DNA of 64,000 nt from positions 214,088,001 through 214,152,000 of the forward strand of contig NC_086097.1 in assembly GCF_963921235.1 (NCBI RefSeq), read 5' to 3'. Numbering within the stretch: the stretch's first letter is position 1; the number at the start of each line of letters is the position of its first letter. The position numbers and the translations under genes were made by a program. The stretch comes from Mobula hypostoma. Its lineage: Eukaryota. The notes beneath the pieces are model-generated. The model searched no databases, was not told the DNA's origin, and saw nothing but the letters and a program-made list of their open reading frames with translations. This document shows, piece after piece, positions 13,850 to 27,567 of this stretch.

Positions 13850-13888
13850 CTTTTTCTTCCTTCTTCACTTCAGAGTCAGATCTTTTTT
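13850..13888 (-). CDS. ASPH: 39-nt phase 1-1 internal exon (E)KRSDSEVKKEEK, first exon specific to the long catalytic isoform
   Basis: tttttgtaatcttccag|AAAAAAGA...GAAAAAG|gtaagc; same position and character as the human ETNRKTDDPEQKAK exon after the junctate exit (recalled, not aligned). Confidence 0.75.
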
Positions 13889-14129
13889 CTGGAAGATTAC
13901 AAAAATTATTTCATTGATTGAGGAAAACGACTACAATGCATCACTAATACAGATTGTTGTATAAAGTTCTTTTCCCTAAATTTGCAAAAAATCAATCAAG
14001 GTAGCAAACTGTATTTCAAGTACCACCTCCAAGTAAGTGACCAATGCTATGTAAGACACTAGATTAGCACCATTATACAAAGCAGGCATCCGCCTCACAT
14101 CGGTATACATGTGCATTAGAAACATAGTC

Positions 14130-14428
14130 ATGGATCTCAGGAACAGGACCAGCCTACTTTAGCAGTACCAAGCACCCATTTGGAATAAACATTTTTTTTT
14201 TGCCCCTATTCCAATCAACTTTCCTCAAATTTTATCACACACTAAGATCAATTTAAAGTGGCCAAGTAACCTTGCACATTTTTTGGGATGCAGAAAGAAA
14301 CTGAAGCACCCAGTGTAAGCCCATAAGGTCACAGAGAAAACATGCAAACTCCACAGAAAACACCATAGGTCAAAACTGATTACAATCGTTGAAGCTGTGA
14401 AGCAGAAATTCTACTAGCTACACTACTG
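14130..14428 (-). mobile_element. tRNA-derived V-SINE (HE1-like), degraded
   Basis: GAAACTGAAGCACCCAG...GGTCACAGAGAAAACATGCAAACTCCACA resembles the reverse complement of the V-domain core. Confidence 0.65.
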
Positions 14429-15124
14429 TAACTAAATTGCACTGTAGATATTTATGAGTCAAAATGAAGCAAGAATATGTCTCTTGAAGTTTTGCATATA
14501 GTAGAACTTATTGAACAGATCATGCCTTTCCATTTCTAAAAAGGGGAGCAATGGTTTGGAGGACTCTGGATGGTACAGGTTTTCTGAACACACATTTTCT
14601 GTCTCATTCTCAACACCCAATTAATACCAGAACAGGGTTACCATGACAAGGGAAACATCAAACATCAACAAATTGCTTGAATGGATGCTTCACTTTGCAA
14701 TTTGAGTCCCAATTGATTAAATAACACAAATCTTGTCAGCATAAATCAGCTGTCTAAATCTAACATTTTAGCATAAGATTTGCCTTTTCAACAATTTGTC
14801 AGCAATGTTATTTCCCAAAACACTCTTAAAAAATACTACCTTGTATGCACGGCTTTGTGGAAAACAGATTAAGGGACTCTGTTTCTGTAAGCAAGAGGTT
14901 CACAAACTTTTTTCTTTTATGGACCACTTCATGGGAAGATTTCTTTCCCCTCCTTCCCTGTTCATATTTTATCTCCATCATGATTTCTAGCTGCTGCCCA
15001 ATTTATATCTTACTACCTTCACCCATCATTAGAAATCCTTGGCTTACATTGACTTGTGTGCAGAAGCTGCATGCAGCAGTGAAGCCAAACGTCCATTCTA
15101 ATTGCAGTAATAAGTAAACTGCTA

Positions 15125-15330
15125 CAGGAACTCAGCAGGTCAAGCAGAGGCAAAAGGATAGTCAGTGTTTCAGCTTAAGTCCCTACATGATGACCCGCAT
15201 CATGGTTTGTAATGCAGTGCCTCATCCCAAAGCATCAACTCATCCCTTTACCCCCACAGATGCTGCTTGATCTGCTGAGTTCCTCAGGCAGTTTGTTCTT
15301 TTGCTCCTCATTCCAGCATCTGCAGTCTTG
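15125..15330. mobile_element. Old Penelope-derived inverted remnant
   Basis: GGAACTCAGCAGGTCAAGCAG ... CTGCTTGATCTGCTGAGTTCC ... CCAGCATCTGCAG. Confidence 0.65.
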
Positions 15331-15454
15331 TATTTCCATTCCTCATTTTTTTCAGAACAGTATAACATTAAAATACGCACATCTTTTGTGTTTTGGTTAT
15401 ATTTAAGTCAGAGCATAACATTGTATCTACATAAAAAAACTACAATGACTCACA

Positions 15455-16707
15455 GATGTAATTCTAGAACATTTTATTTTTCAAAAGTGACATATCCAAA
15501 AAAAACATTACATTGAATAGATTTGCACCTAAACTTTATGCAACATACTAAAATTACATCAACTGCAAATGCAAAGTATTTCTTAATGCTAGCATGATTT
15601 TTGGCAACAATTTAGAATTGCTAGCTTAAAGTTAGTTAGTGCCCATGTAAACTTTTGACTATCAAGTCATTTGTAAGAGAACCAATCTCCTGGACCAAAA
15701 CGAAAATACAATAGAACATGAAAAGCAACCTTTGCTAATGATGCAAATTAGCAATATTTTGCATTTTTTTTTAACTAACCCATCTCCTTAACAAATATCT
15801 CACTCTTTCTATGGCTTTATAAATTTAAAACATTTTCTTTAATTAAAAATAAGTACCATGTATTAAGTTTTGTCCACTTTCTGACACAAGGCCATCCAAA
15901 AGGCATATACAGAGATGGCAACATATCACAGCTGGTAAATTTTATTGCTAAACCTGAATGATACTTCCGATGTGAAATTTAATTTAGTCAAAAAAGATCC
16001 ATATCTTACTAAAAAGTGTTATAGTTGAAATTTCCCTGCCATTTGCAACCACTTTTACAAAAAAAATGTCAGTCTGATTAAATACTCTTCACACTGAGGT
16101 TCTGCAAGGATCACGTTGTCCTTCCATACAATAGCTATAGAAAGCACCCAAGGGGGATGTGCCCTCAAATATTTTTAAAAAAGCTTTTTCCAATCATTTC
16201 CAACCAAAAGTTAAGACCTCTTCTGTTGCATTTTGTTCCAACGATTTTTTTCCTTTAAATTTGCTGCATATGCTCATTGCAGTCCACTCTGTTTATTGAA
16301 ATAATTCACATTTATAGATTGCTCTTTCATTTAAGTGAATATATTATATTTATGTAACAATTCTACATTAGTACAAAGCAGACTTTGCTTGAGACCATAC
16401 AGAAAGACTGACTGGTAACAATTCTCACTCCCATCATTCATATTGACTTGATACAGTCAGAATATTTGCAATACAGAATTTATAAAAGCACACCGCTACT
16501 AAAAAGGGTTAATTTCTAAAAAAACACACACATCAACATAAAAATATTATACTGAATGAAAAATACTCCAAATATCCTTAGTGTATTCCATCACATTATC
16601 TTCCAGAGATCTCACTCTTATAGTGGCTGTATTAAGAACAAAAATAAAATTAAGTGGAATGTAGAGTGGCCTGGTCCAAATGACTTTTTTGAGGTCTTTG
16701 TGATGAG
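15455..16707 (-). other. ASPH: Putative 3'UTR of the junctate/humbug terminal exon
   Basis: AT-rich tract with no recognisable repeat after the stop codon; minus-strand AATAAA at 16292-16297, 15941-15946 and 15473-15478. Confidence 0.6.
15473..15478 (-). terminator. Candidate poly(A) signal AATAAA
   Basis: Followed ~30-45 nt downstream on the minus strand by the U-rich element GTAGTTTTTTTATGTAG. Confidence 0.55.
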
Positions 16708-16715
16708 TTAAAGAT
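16708..16715 (-). CDS. ASPH: Coding part of alternative terminal exon, (D)L-stop, junctate-type C-terminus
   Basis: tttgtgttgttttgcag|AT CTT TAA; phase 1 gives ...IIDEP-DL*, compared with human junctate ...EVPP-DT* (recalled). Confidence 0.72.
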
Positions 16716-17279
16716 CTGCAAAACAACACAAATTTTTAATTAAAAGTCCTGACAGTCAATATAGAATTGGCAGATAATCATAATTCATCTGCACCTTTAG
16801 GTAATTCTTCATTTTGTTGTGAATTCTGCAAACTGCTTTGTAGTTTCAAATTCTCACTGATCAATTTCACTTGCACTTGTTTTATGCTATAAATAAAACT
16901 TCATCTGAAACACCAAGAGTACTGGTCAAGTTTGCAGATAACTGTTCTAAAATGCCACATTTTCAGGTACAGATTTGTGTTATTTAAAATAAGTGTGTGA
17001 TTCTTCTATCCAACTAAATAAAATATCCGAAGCAAGTAATTTAAAAGGGAATTCCCTCAGACTACGAGTTGCTGTGCCAGGAACTTGGAACACACACACA
17101 ATGAAATGGTGATCTCCTCCCTGCATAGCATGGAGGTGGAATAAAGAACCAAGGCAATATGCAATATCAATGGTCCCTAGTTGTTGAGCTTGTTATCATT
17201 TAGATTATGAAGGCTGAAAAGACCTGTAAGGTCAAGGGAAGAGGGGTACACTACAATTTCCACTGCATTCAATTTGAAA

Positions 17280-19280
17280 TACTAGAAGATCCAGATGATC
17301 TGACAAGAAACGAAGCAGGAGAAGCGAGTGCAGTCCTTTTACTAAGGTGACAGTGTTTGGGGAGCTGAAAGGTTGGAAAGGTGGATAAGTAACCTGGAAC
17401 AAATGGACTACAGCCCAGGGTTTTGAGATGACTGAAGAAATTAGGCATTAGTAGTGATCTTTCAAGAATCACTACATTCTGGAATGGTTCTGGAAGCTAG
17501 GAAAATTGCAAATACCACTCCACTGTTTAAGAAGGGAAGGAGACAAAATACAGGAAATTATAGCCCAGATTGCCTGACTTCAGTGAACTGGACTCTTGAG
17601 AATGCAGATACGGCCACCGTAGCCATCACTGGAGCAGACTTGCATCCAGATCGTAGCACCCAGCCCAGGCCCAACAGCGATAAATGAACCGATGTTTGCC
17701 CATTGCTGGAGCGGACTTGGGGCCAGATTGAAGATGCGGGCCTCGGTTCAGAGAATGCAAAATGAGCCGATGTTTGGCCATTCTTGGAGTGGACCTGGAA
17801 CTGGGTCAAAGTGGTTGGACCCAAACCCGAGAGTGAAAAACAAACCGAGGTTTGGCCATTGCTGGAGTGGACTTAGGGCCGGATCGAAACAGCGGGGGCC
17901 TGGGCCTAAGACTGAAAAACAAATGCTTGGTTGATTTGAATGCTGAGCCAAGTGAAAAAGATGAAGGCATCAAGGCCAAGGACGAAAGACGAACCGGTGT
18001 TCACCTCACTACTTTGTGAGGTTTACACGACTCAACGCTGAACTGGTTCTGTGGCTGTGATCTGCAGCCATCAGGCCCCTAGACTGGCTTCACTTGTCTC
18101 CGTGCTGAACTCCGTGGCTATGGACTCACTTTCGGGGAGTCTGCGGTTCCCATACTGTGTGTAATTGGTTTACTTCTTTATTGTTTGCATGATTTGTTCC
18201 TTGTTTTTGCACATTGGGTGTTTGATGGTCTTTGTTCTGTGGGTTTTTTAATGGATTCTATCATGCTACTTTGTTTTGTGGCTGCCTGTAAGGAGATGAG
18301 TCTCAAAGTTGCATATAATATACATACTTTGATAATAAATGTACTTTGAACTTTGACTTCAGTGGCTGGTTAGAGGCTTCGGAGTACCTGCAGGCACGTG
18401 ATAAAATAGGTCGAAGTCAACATGCTTTCCTTAAGGGGAAATCTTGCCCTGACAGATCTGTTGGAATTCTTTGAGAAAGTAACAGGCAAGGTAAACAAAG
18501 GAGACTCAGTGGATGTTGTTTACTTGGATTTTCAGAAAGTCTGTGATTTGGATGATGGAATTGTTGGCTTTGTGGCCAAGTTGTAGTGTTGAGGAAGCAG
18601 GGTGTTGCAGAAGGACTGGACAGATTAAGCGGAAAGGCAAAGAAGTGTAGGGAAATATATGGTTACTCACTTTGGTAGAAGGAATAGAGATGTTACCTAT
18701 CTTCTAAATGGGGAGCAAATTCAGAAACTAAGGTGCAAAGGGACTTGGCTGTCCTAGGGCACAATCCCCAAAGGGTACCTTGAAAGTCGAGTCATTAGAA
18801 AGGCAAGCAAATGCAATGTTATCATCCATTTCAAGAGGATTAGAATATATAAGCAAGGATGTGCAGGCATTAGAGGAGACTCACAAGAATGATTCCAGGA
18901 ATGAAAGGGTTAACGTGTGAAGAGCATTTGATGGTCCTGCCCTGACTTGCTGGAGTTTTGAAGATTGAGAGAGGTTATCATTGAAACCTATTGAATATTA
19001 ATAGGCCTAGATAAAGTGGACGTGGAGAGGATGTTTCCAATAGCAGGAGAACTTAGGACCAGAAGACACAGCCTCAGAATAACAACAAAATCCTTTCCGG
19101 ACATGAGGGTACTTCTTTAGCCAGAGTATGGTGAATCTGTGGAACTCACTGCCACATATGGCTGTGGAGGCTGGGTATATTTAAAGTGGATGTTGACAGG
19201 CTCTGGATTAGTCAGGGCCATCAAACATTACGGAGAGAAGACAGGAGAATGGGGTTGAAAGGATAGTAAATCAGCCATAT
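17280..19280 (+). mobile_element. Degraded CR1 LINE, interrupted at 17586-18353
   Basis: ANTTPLFKKG and GNYSP..LTSV motifs, a DFQK-like segment and a CR1-type 3' end. Confidence 0.8.
17586..18353 (+). mobile_element. Non-coding retroposon with an internal 78-bp minisatellite
   Basis: 11-bp TSD TGACTTCAGTG (17575-17585, 18354-18364); AATAAA and (ACTTTGA)n tail; repeat cores at 17689, 17767 and 17845. Confidence 0.8.
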
Positions 19281-19849
19281 GTGTGCAGTACAGTACAAAA
19301 TGCAATGAAAAGTAAATCGATATGATTATGCACTAACCCCTCCTTTATACCCTTTATTAGTCTTTTGCTCAATATCTATACACTACTCATTTGACCAGAT
19401 GATGAAATAGCGCTAACTTTATATACAGGATAGTTACAACCATCAATGAACCAAATTTTCAGAATTTATTATATGCCAGATATACCTCAAATTAAATATT
19501 CAGGTTGAATCTATTGTCTTTGGCTCCAGTCACTAATTCACTCCCCGAGCTGTCGACTTCATCTCTCCATACTGCTATCCATTACCGAACTATACTCTTC
19601 ATAGACTTGGTATTATATCTGATTCTAACTGGAGTCTTAGACCACATATCTATAAATGCCACCTGACTTCTGATGAAAGGTCCTTGGCCTGAAGCTTTAA
19701 CAGTTTTCTTTACAGAACTGCTTAACCAATTGCATTCTTCTATGTTTTTATCCAGATTTCTAGCATTAGTTGCAGTTTGATTTCCTGCCCCATCACAATT
19801 CGACTGTTGAAACCCTTTCCCGTTTCTCTTTTTTCCTTTAAGGCTTTTT

Positions 19850-21685
19850 AGCAAGGTCATTGACAACTTCCTGCATGATGACGTAGTGAATAGCGAGGAA
19901 GACTATCAAAGCTTGCAGCGGGATCTGTACCAGCTGGAAAAATGGCAGATAGAATTTAACATAGTCAAGTGTGAGGTGTTGCACTTTTGGAGGACCAAGC
20001 AGCGTAGGTCTTACACGGTGAGCAGTAGGGCACTGAGGAGTGCAGAACAGAGGGATTTAGAATACAGGTCCATAATTCCTTAAAAGTGGCATCACAGGTA
20101 GACAGGGTCATAAAGAAAGCTTTTGGCTAATTGGTCTTCATAAATCAATGTATTGAATACAGGAGATGGGATGTTATGTTGAAATTGTATAAGATGTTGG
20201 TGAGGCCTAATTTGGAATATTGTGTGCAATTTTGGTCACATATGAAAAGATGTAAATAAGATAGAAAGAATGCAGAGAAAAGTTACAAGGATGTTACCAG
20301 GACTTGAGGACCTGAGTTATCGGAAAGGTTGTACAGGTTAGGTCTTCATTCTCTAGAATGTAGAAGGTTCAGACAATAGACAATAGGTGCAGGAGTAGGC
20401 CATTCAGCCCTTCAAGCCAGCACCACCATTCACTGTGATCATGGCTGATCATCCACAATCAGTACCCTTTTCCTGCCTTCTCCCCATATCCCTTCACTCC
20501 GCTATCTTTAAGAGCTCTATCTAACTATTTATGAAAGCATCCAGAGGATTGGCCTCCATTGCCTTCTGAGGCAGGGCATTCCACAGAACCACAACCCTCT
20601 GTGTGAAAAAGTTTTTCCTCAACTCCGTTCTAAATGGTCTACCCCTTATTCCTAAACTGTGGACTCTGGTTCTGGACTCCCCCAACATCGGGAACATGTT
20701 TCCTGCCTCTAGCGTGTTCAGTCCCTTAATAATCTTATATGTTTCAATCAGATCCCCTTCTAAATTCCAGTGTATATAACCCCAGTCGCTCCAATCTTTC
20801 AACATATGACAGTCCCGCCATCCCGGGAATTAACCTCGTGAACCTACGCTGCACTCCCTCAATAGCTAGAATGTCCTTCCTCAAATTTGGAGAGCAAAAC
20901 TGTATGCAATTTTCTAGGTGTGGTCTCACCAGGGCCCTGTACAACTGCAAAGGACCTCTTTGCTCCTATACTCAATTTCCCTTGTTATGAAGGCCAACAT
21001 GCCATTAGCTTTCTTCACTGCCTGCTGTACCTGCATGCTTACTTTCAGTTACTGATGAAGAAGGACACCTAGATCTCGTTGTACTTCCCCTTTTCCTAAC
21101 TTGACACCATTCAGATAGTAAACTGCCTTCCTGTTCTTGCCACCAAAGTGGATAACCTCACATTTATCCACATTAAACTGCATCTGCCATGCATCTGCCC
21201 ACTCACCCAACCTGTCCAAGTCACCCTGCATTCTCGTAACATCCTCCTCATATTTCACACTGCCACCCAGCTTTGTGTCATCTGCAAATTTGAGGGGAGA
21301 TTTCAGGGGAGATTTGATAGATGTCTACATAATTATAAGGGGTATAGATAGTGTAAATGCAAACAGGCTTTTTTCACTGAGGTTGGGTGAGACTACAACT
21401 AGAGGGCGTGGGTTAAGGGTGAAAAGTGAAATATTTAAGGGGAACATAAGGGGGAACTTTTCTTCACTCAGAGTGTGGTGAGAGTATGGAATGAGCTGTC
21501 AGCGCAATTGGTAGATGCTGGGTGGATTTCAATTTTAAGAGGAATTTGGATAGGTACATGGATGAGAGGGGTATGGAGGGTTGTGTTCTGGGTGCTGGTT
21601 GATGGGAGTAGGCAGATTAATGGCTCAGCACAGACTAGATGGGCTGAAATGCCTGTTTCTGTGCTGAAGTGTTCTATGACTCTAC
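19850..21685 (+). mobile_element. CR1 LINE 3' part, interrupted by an antisense CR1
   Basis: LQRDLYQLEKWQIEFN motif; RGDLIDVY resumes after ~21292. Confidence 0.8.
20372..21291 (-). mobile_element. Younger CR1 LINE 3' fragment
   Basis: MQGDLDRLGEWADAWQMQFNVDKCEV and LVRPHLE motifs; (CTATTGT)n tail. Confidence 0.9.
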
Positions 21686-22179
21686 GAAATGATAGAGATA
21701 AGGACTGTGAAAACAAGGAGCGGAATTCAAAAATAGAGGTGTTGTATAATTGGAAACTAGTGTGGCTCAGCAAGCACACAGGTAGGTCAATGCCTAGTCG
21801 GAGCCAGTACATAGGCGTAGTTGGGAGGATGCAACTTCATAGAGCCAGCAAGGAATATACTAGAAGCTTAAGGTGTAAGATCTGCCCTTTACTTCTTCAT
21901 TCCCATTGTCCAGACCCCCAAGCAGAAATTTACCTGTACAAAAGAAATAGTTCAGGTATATAACCTTATTCAAGTTAGTTCTACTCTACCTTCATCTAGA
22001 CTGAAAGTAGGATCAGAAGAATAAACATGTAGTTTCCCCATGTGAAGATCTAAAATCAACCAATGGGACAAAGGAAACCAAACGTTAAACAGATCGAATA
22101 CTGCCACTGAGAACACAGCTTACTGCAACAGTGAATAGCACACTAACACATGATTCCACAGTAACATTTATATAATAAC

Positions 22180-23180
22180 AATCTAACATCTCCTCCTCAA
22201 TGACAGTCAACATCAGCACACCTCAAGGTTGTATGCTTCGCCTACTCCTCTACTCTCACCCACTGATTGTGCACTAGGCACAGCTCAAACACCATCTATA
22301 AATTTGCCAATGACACAGCTGTTGATAGCAGCATCTCAGATGGTGATGAGATGGCGTACAGGAGCGAGATAGGTCATCTGAATGAGCGGTGTCAGAACAA
22401 CAACCTTGCACTCAACATCAGCAAGACCAAGCAATTGATTGTGGACATCAGGAAGGGGAGGTTGAGGGAACACAAACCAGGCCTCATCAAGGGATTAGCA
22501 GTGGAAAAGGGGAGTAGTTTCAAGTTCCTGGGTGTCAACATCTCTGAAGATCTATCCTGGACCCAACATATTAGTCTAATTACAAAGAAGTTACATCAGG
22601 GGTTATACTTCATTAGGAGTTTGAGGAGATTGGTCTGTCACCAAAGACTCTAGCAAATATCTACAGATGTATGGTGTACTGTGAACAGCATTCTAACTAG
22701 TTGCATCACCATCTGGCATGGAGGGGGTCACTGCACAGGATCAGAGAAAGATGCATAAAGTTGTAAACTCAGCCAGCTCCAACATGGGCACTAGCCTCCA
22801 CAGCATTGAGGACATTTTCAAAAGGTGATGCCTCAAAAAGGTGGCATCCATCATTAAGGACCCCCATCATGCAGGAAATGCCCTCTTCACATTGATTCCA
22901 TCAGGGAGGAGGTACAGGAGCCTGAAGACACACACGCAACATTTTAGGAACAGCTTCTTCACCACCGCCATCAGATTTCTGAATGGACAATGAATCGGCT
23001 CATGGACACTACCTCACTAGCTTTGCTCTCTTTTTTTCACCACTCATTTCATTAAAAAATTTTTAAATATATATTTGTTATTGTAATTTATAGCTTTTTT
23101 ATGTATTGCCCTGTACTGCTGCCACAAAACAACAAATTTCACGACGTATGCCAATGATATTAAACCTGCTTTTGATCTAT
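22180..23180 (+). mobile_element. Rex1/Babar-like LINE 3' part
   Basis: IYKFANDT, NNLALNISKTK and FKFLGVNISEDLSW motifs. Confidence 0.85.
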
Positions 23181-24039
23181 AATTTGCTTCTCCAAAATAC
23201 GGGGTCAATTTACAAGATTCAATGTAGACAAATTTATAGTTAAAGAACAGAGTGCAATTATAAATGAGTTGCAAGAAACACTTACTAATATAAATGTCAA
23301 GGAGGATGTATAATTATTCATAAAAAATTCCAATATATCCCCTCCCCCAGAGAAAACATGTTAATTTTCAATCCCAGAATGGGCTGTCTCCGTTTATAGT
23401 TGTGGGAAACAACCTCCTTTAGTAAAACTTAAATACAGTGTTAATGTAGAAAAACCTGCATGTAATACAGCATGTACAAAGTCTTAAGGAGTCATGCTAA
23501 CTTGATATCAAACATTCTATTGTCACTGGAAGCCAAAAAAGCTTTATTCTGCAGAAGGCACCAAGTTGCATTTACTGATTGCTTCTGAGGAAGTGGCAGA
23601 GTCACCTTTTGGAACAGGTACAGAACATATGGCGAACATCTTCTCAGAATGTCGTCATGTAGGGAATTATCAGATTTTGGCAACTCAAAGAATGGTTATG
23701 TGCCCAGGCCAAAATAATCTGTATCTTAAAGGTGCTTTTGGAGATGCTGACATTTTTAGGTGTTAGCTGATCTTCTGTATGGCAGTGGTAACAAGGTTGA
23801 GAAGTCCTCTGCAAAGCTCGGGGAAGGAGCAAATACTACATGTGTTCTTGTGCATCAAAAGAGAGGTACGAAGGGAAACATCATTACAGCCCAAAGCTGA
23901 ACACTAGGCAGATCTAACTGCATATGAATATAGATTGCTTCATCATAGATGCTACAAATGGAACTAAAAATCTGAAAATTGCCCAATCAGACAATATCCC
24001 CCCTATGGGTATAATGAAGACTTGAACACAGTTACATAA

Positions 24040-24960
24040 AAAACAGAAGGGTGGAATAATTAGCCCTTCAAGCCTGTTGTGCCACTCAACAAGATCACAG
24101 TTGATCCAATCTTGGCCACTTCCACATTCTCTGCGCATATAGTCAGAATAAGACACCATGGAAAGATGCCCTTCACACTTACTCGTCCATACTGACTGTT
24201 GCCTATCTAAGCTGATCCCACATCCTTCTAAATATTTCCTATCTATGTACCTGATTTGTAATTCAGATATACATATGTCAGTCTCTGTCTTTAATAGTTC
24301 AGGCAGGCAGTACTGACACCTGTAACACTTCACTAGTTACTGACTAATCTGAAAATGACCCATTGATTCAAATTTTACTTACTCTTAGCCAGCCTCTATC
24401 CATGCCAATGTCCTGTCCCTAACATCATACACTCTTATCTTGTGCAGTAAGCTCACATATGTGATACCTTATCTAATGCTTTCTGGAAATCCAAACACAT
24501 TTCATTCACAGGTTCTCTTCCCTGCATCCTCAGCAAATACGTCAATTACAATTTATCTTTTATAAAACGCCTTATCACTGATTTTCTGCTGTTGTCTCCC
24601 TAATGATAATTTCACTATTTCCCCAATGATGAATATTACGCAAACTGGTCCTGCTTTCTGTTATCTCCCCTTTTTTTTAAAACAGTAATGCTGAATTTGT
24701 GGTTTTCCAATTTCCAGCAGAATTAGTTCATTATTTCTGCAGGTACTTCCTTTGAAAACCAAGGATGCAGACCATCAGGATTAGTAGCTTTGTTTTGCCC
24801 AGTACTTTACCTTTATATGTAGAGTTTAAGTTTCTCCCTCCTTAAAGCTCTTTTGATTACTTATTATATTGGAATGGTTTTAATCTACTCTGGAGATTGA
24901 GCCAACATAATTTAGAATAGTTATCATTTGCCTATTTCCTATTAATAATTCTACAGTCTT
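24040..24960 (-). mobile_element. Highly degraded CR1 LINE
   Basis: CR1-type 3' end near 24060 and reverse-complement DFQKA-DKV remnant near 24470-24495. Confidence 0.55.
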
Positions 24961-27567
24961 GTCCAGTTTGTTTCAGCTACCCTTTCTTTTGTAAATCTGT
25001 AGAAGCTTGTGTTATTTAATAGTTTATTGAGGTAAATCATTTTCTTACTCTCTCTCTTACCAACCCCACCCCCACTACATCCCATTGTCAATCTTTGATA
25101 TATTTGGGCCTGTAATATTGCTCTGAGGAACACCTGAAGCTACTAGGCCTCCATTAACCACAACAATGGCTAGTGGATAGTTTTCTTGCATGATGACCAT
25201 GATCTTTAACTTCCCTGAAACTTCTAAATGCCAAATTAGTTAAATCATAAACATGAGGAAGTCTGCAGATGCAAAATCCAAAACCAAAGTTCTCTCAGCA
25301 TTTTGCGCGTGTAACTAGTTAAATGGTGCTTCAATGCCAAATGCAGCCACATTCAACTCACCTCTGGAAACAAGTCCCTTGATAACCTTGGACCAATCAT
25401 ATACTGAAGCTGAGAAGCTCTAGTAGACCCCAAATCAAGAGTTACTGATCAAAGCAAACAGAACTTATTATCTGCGATGGAGTGTTCCATCATGTTGCTA
25501 ATGATCACAAGTTGGCCCAGAAGTGATAACCATCCAAATTAATCTGTGCAGCCATTTGTGGACAGGATACATAATTTTAGTCCATATCTTCAAGTACTGA
25601 ATCTTTCATGAAATTGATTGGAGGCGCAGCCAGCTCTGGAGCACATGTTTTCAACACCACTGCTGGGATGTTGTCACATCCCATAATGTTTGTCTAGTAC
25701 TGTGCTCTATCCAACTGTTTGGTGGAATGATCTGAATCAGATAAAGACCAAATCAGTGGCAGAGGTGGATGACCCTCTTGCCACTTCTGGCGAATAAATG
25801 AGGCTCATTTTTTGCATCATCATCATCATCCTGATTTCATTACCATTTATGATCTGTACACTCAGGGTGCCCCTCCCAGCTATTTGTTATTTAATCATCA
25901 GGCATCATTTACGACTGGATGCAGCAAGAAGAATAGTATTCTTCAAATATGTTGGCTATGGCATTGCATACTTCTGTTCCATAGCATACTGTCAACTCCC
26001 GTCTCTTGTATTGCAGCTTCACCAAGATGACAAAGCATTCCCAGATTATGCCAGATGCTGTTCTGGACATCCTCTTCGACATTTCTCACTGAACTAGAAG
26101 AGTTCCAGCCTTGACAATAACAAGAGAGTAAGAGAAATTATAGGCCAAGAGGTCGAAGGCAATAAAAATGCTGCTGTTTGAGCCAAACCATCATGTTTGA
26201 GTCTCTCAGTTGATTGTTATGTCCAACTGAGAATGCCACGAAAGACCAAGCAAGAAAGGGAATTTTTAAGATCATTCTGCAGCATTTCAAAAGTGTGTTT
26301 CAGTACATTTAACAATGCTTTAAAATGTGCCACATGCTGAAAGAAATAGCATTCAAACAAATCAAAACCCTTGTGAGCAAAAATTGACTGAAATATTCAT
26401 TATATCTTAATGTAATACACTAATGCCAAGGAGGGTGGCAGGAAACATTGCTGTGTGGTCACTATGATTACAGACAAATCACACAACTCAAATACTAATG
26501 CACTGAAAAAAAAGATAAATTTGGCGCATCGACGTTGTCAGCGATTTAACACATAGCAATTTACAAATTACCATACAGCATCAATACTTCTATTCATTTT
26601 TGCATTAGACTGCAGCTACCTTTGGCACTCTTGGTCAATTTCTATCAGGCACACTATATGGATGCCTATATTATGCAAATACAATGAAAAGCAGAAATAT
26701 TTACACTCAAGTGTAGGTCAACCTATTAACAAATCTTTTGATGCTCAAGAATCCTGTAATTCTAATTCATGTACAAATGTTCTTCCTAGTTAATCATAGT
26801 ATTTTCTTCCCAAGTTAAAAAACATATATAAAAGTTCACAAAGACATGGTGTTTCTGTTTTCTCTAGAGTCACAAACATCAAATTTTCCAGACAGTGTGA
26901 CATACGGATGGCTTGAGTGACAAAACTGCATACATCCAAACAAAAAGGTACATAATCATCAGGTACAAGTCTACAAGCACCACATCACTGCATTGACACT
27001 AAATACTGGCAGTGTTTGAAATTATAACATAGTTAAAATCAAAGTCTCAGAACAACCACCAAGGATACACAGAAATGGTTTTCAAATTTCTGGCATACTG
27101 CTGTTGTGTCTTCCACAGAGAAGACGGATGTAAAGTACTTACTGAGATTGTCCACCATTTCTTTGAACCCCATTATTGCCTCTGCAGGGTTGAGGTAGTA
27201 GTTCCCTTTACTCCACTGTAATACCGATACATCTGATTTTTAACTTCTCTCTCTCAAACTACAGGGTAAATTCTATCATATTATGATTGCTGTCTCCTAG
27301 GATTTCTTTACCTTAAGGTTCCTAATTAAATCTGATTCATGACACAACACCAAACCCTGAATTGCCTCTTCCTTAGTGGGCTCGACCACAAGTTGCTCTA
27401 AACAGCCATCTGGAGGCATCCTACATACTCTTTCTCTTGGGATCCAGTCAACAACCTGATTTTCCCACTATCTGCATATTGAAACACCCCATGGCCAGTG
27501 GAACATTACCTTTTTTTACATGCCTTTTCTGTCTTCCATTGTAATTTGTATCCCACATTCCGGCTAG

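Noticed and set aside
16795..16825. Possible exon reading NSQQNEELPK
   Set aside because: 31 nt, wrong entry phase (phase 1 gives a stop) and a weak GTGCAG donor
17689..17934. CRISPR-like conserved core with variable spacers
   Set aside because: Only three degenerate units with mutually related spacers, inside a TSD-flanked retroposon, with no cas genes and a eukaryotic context
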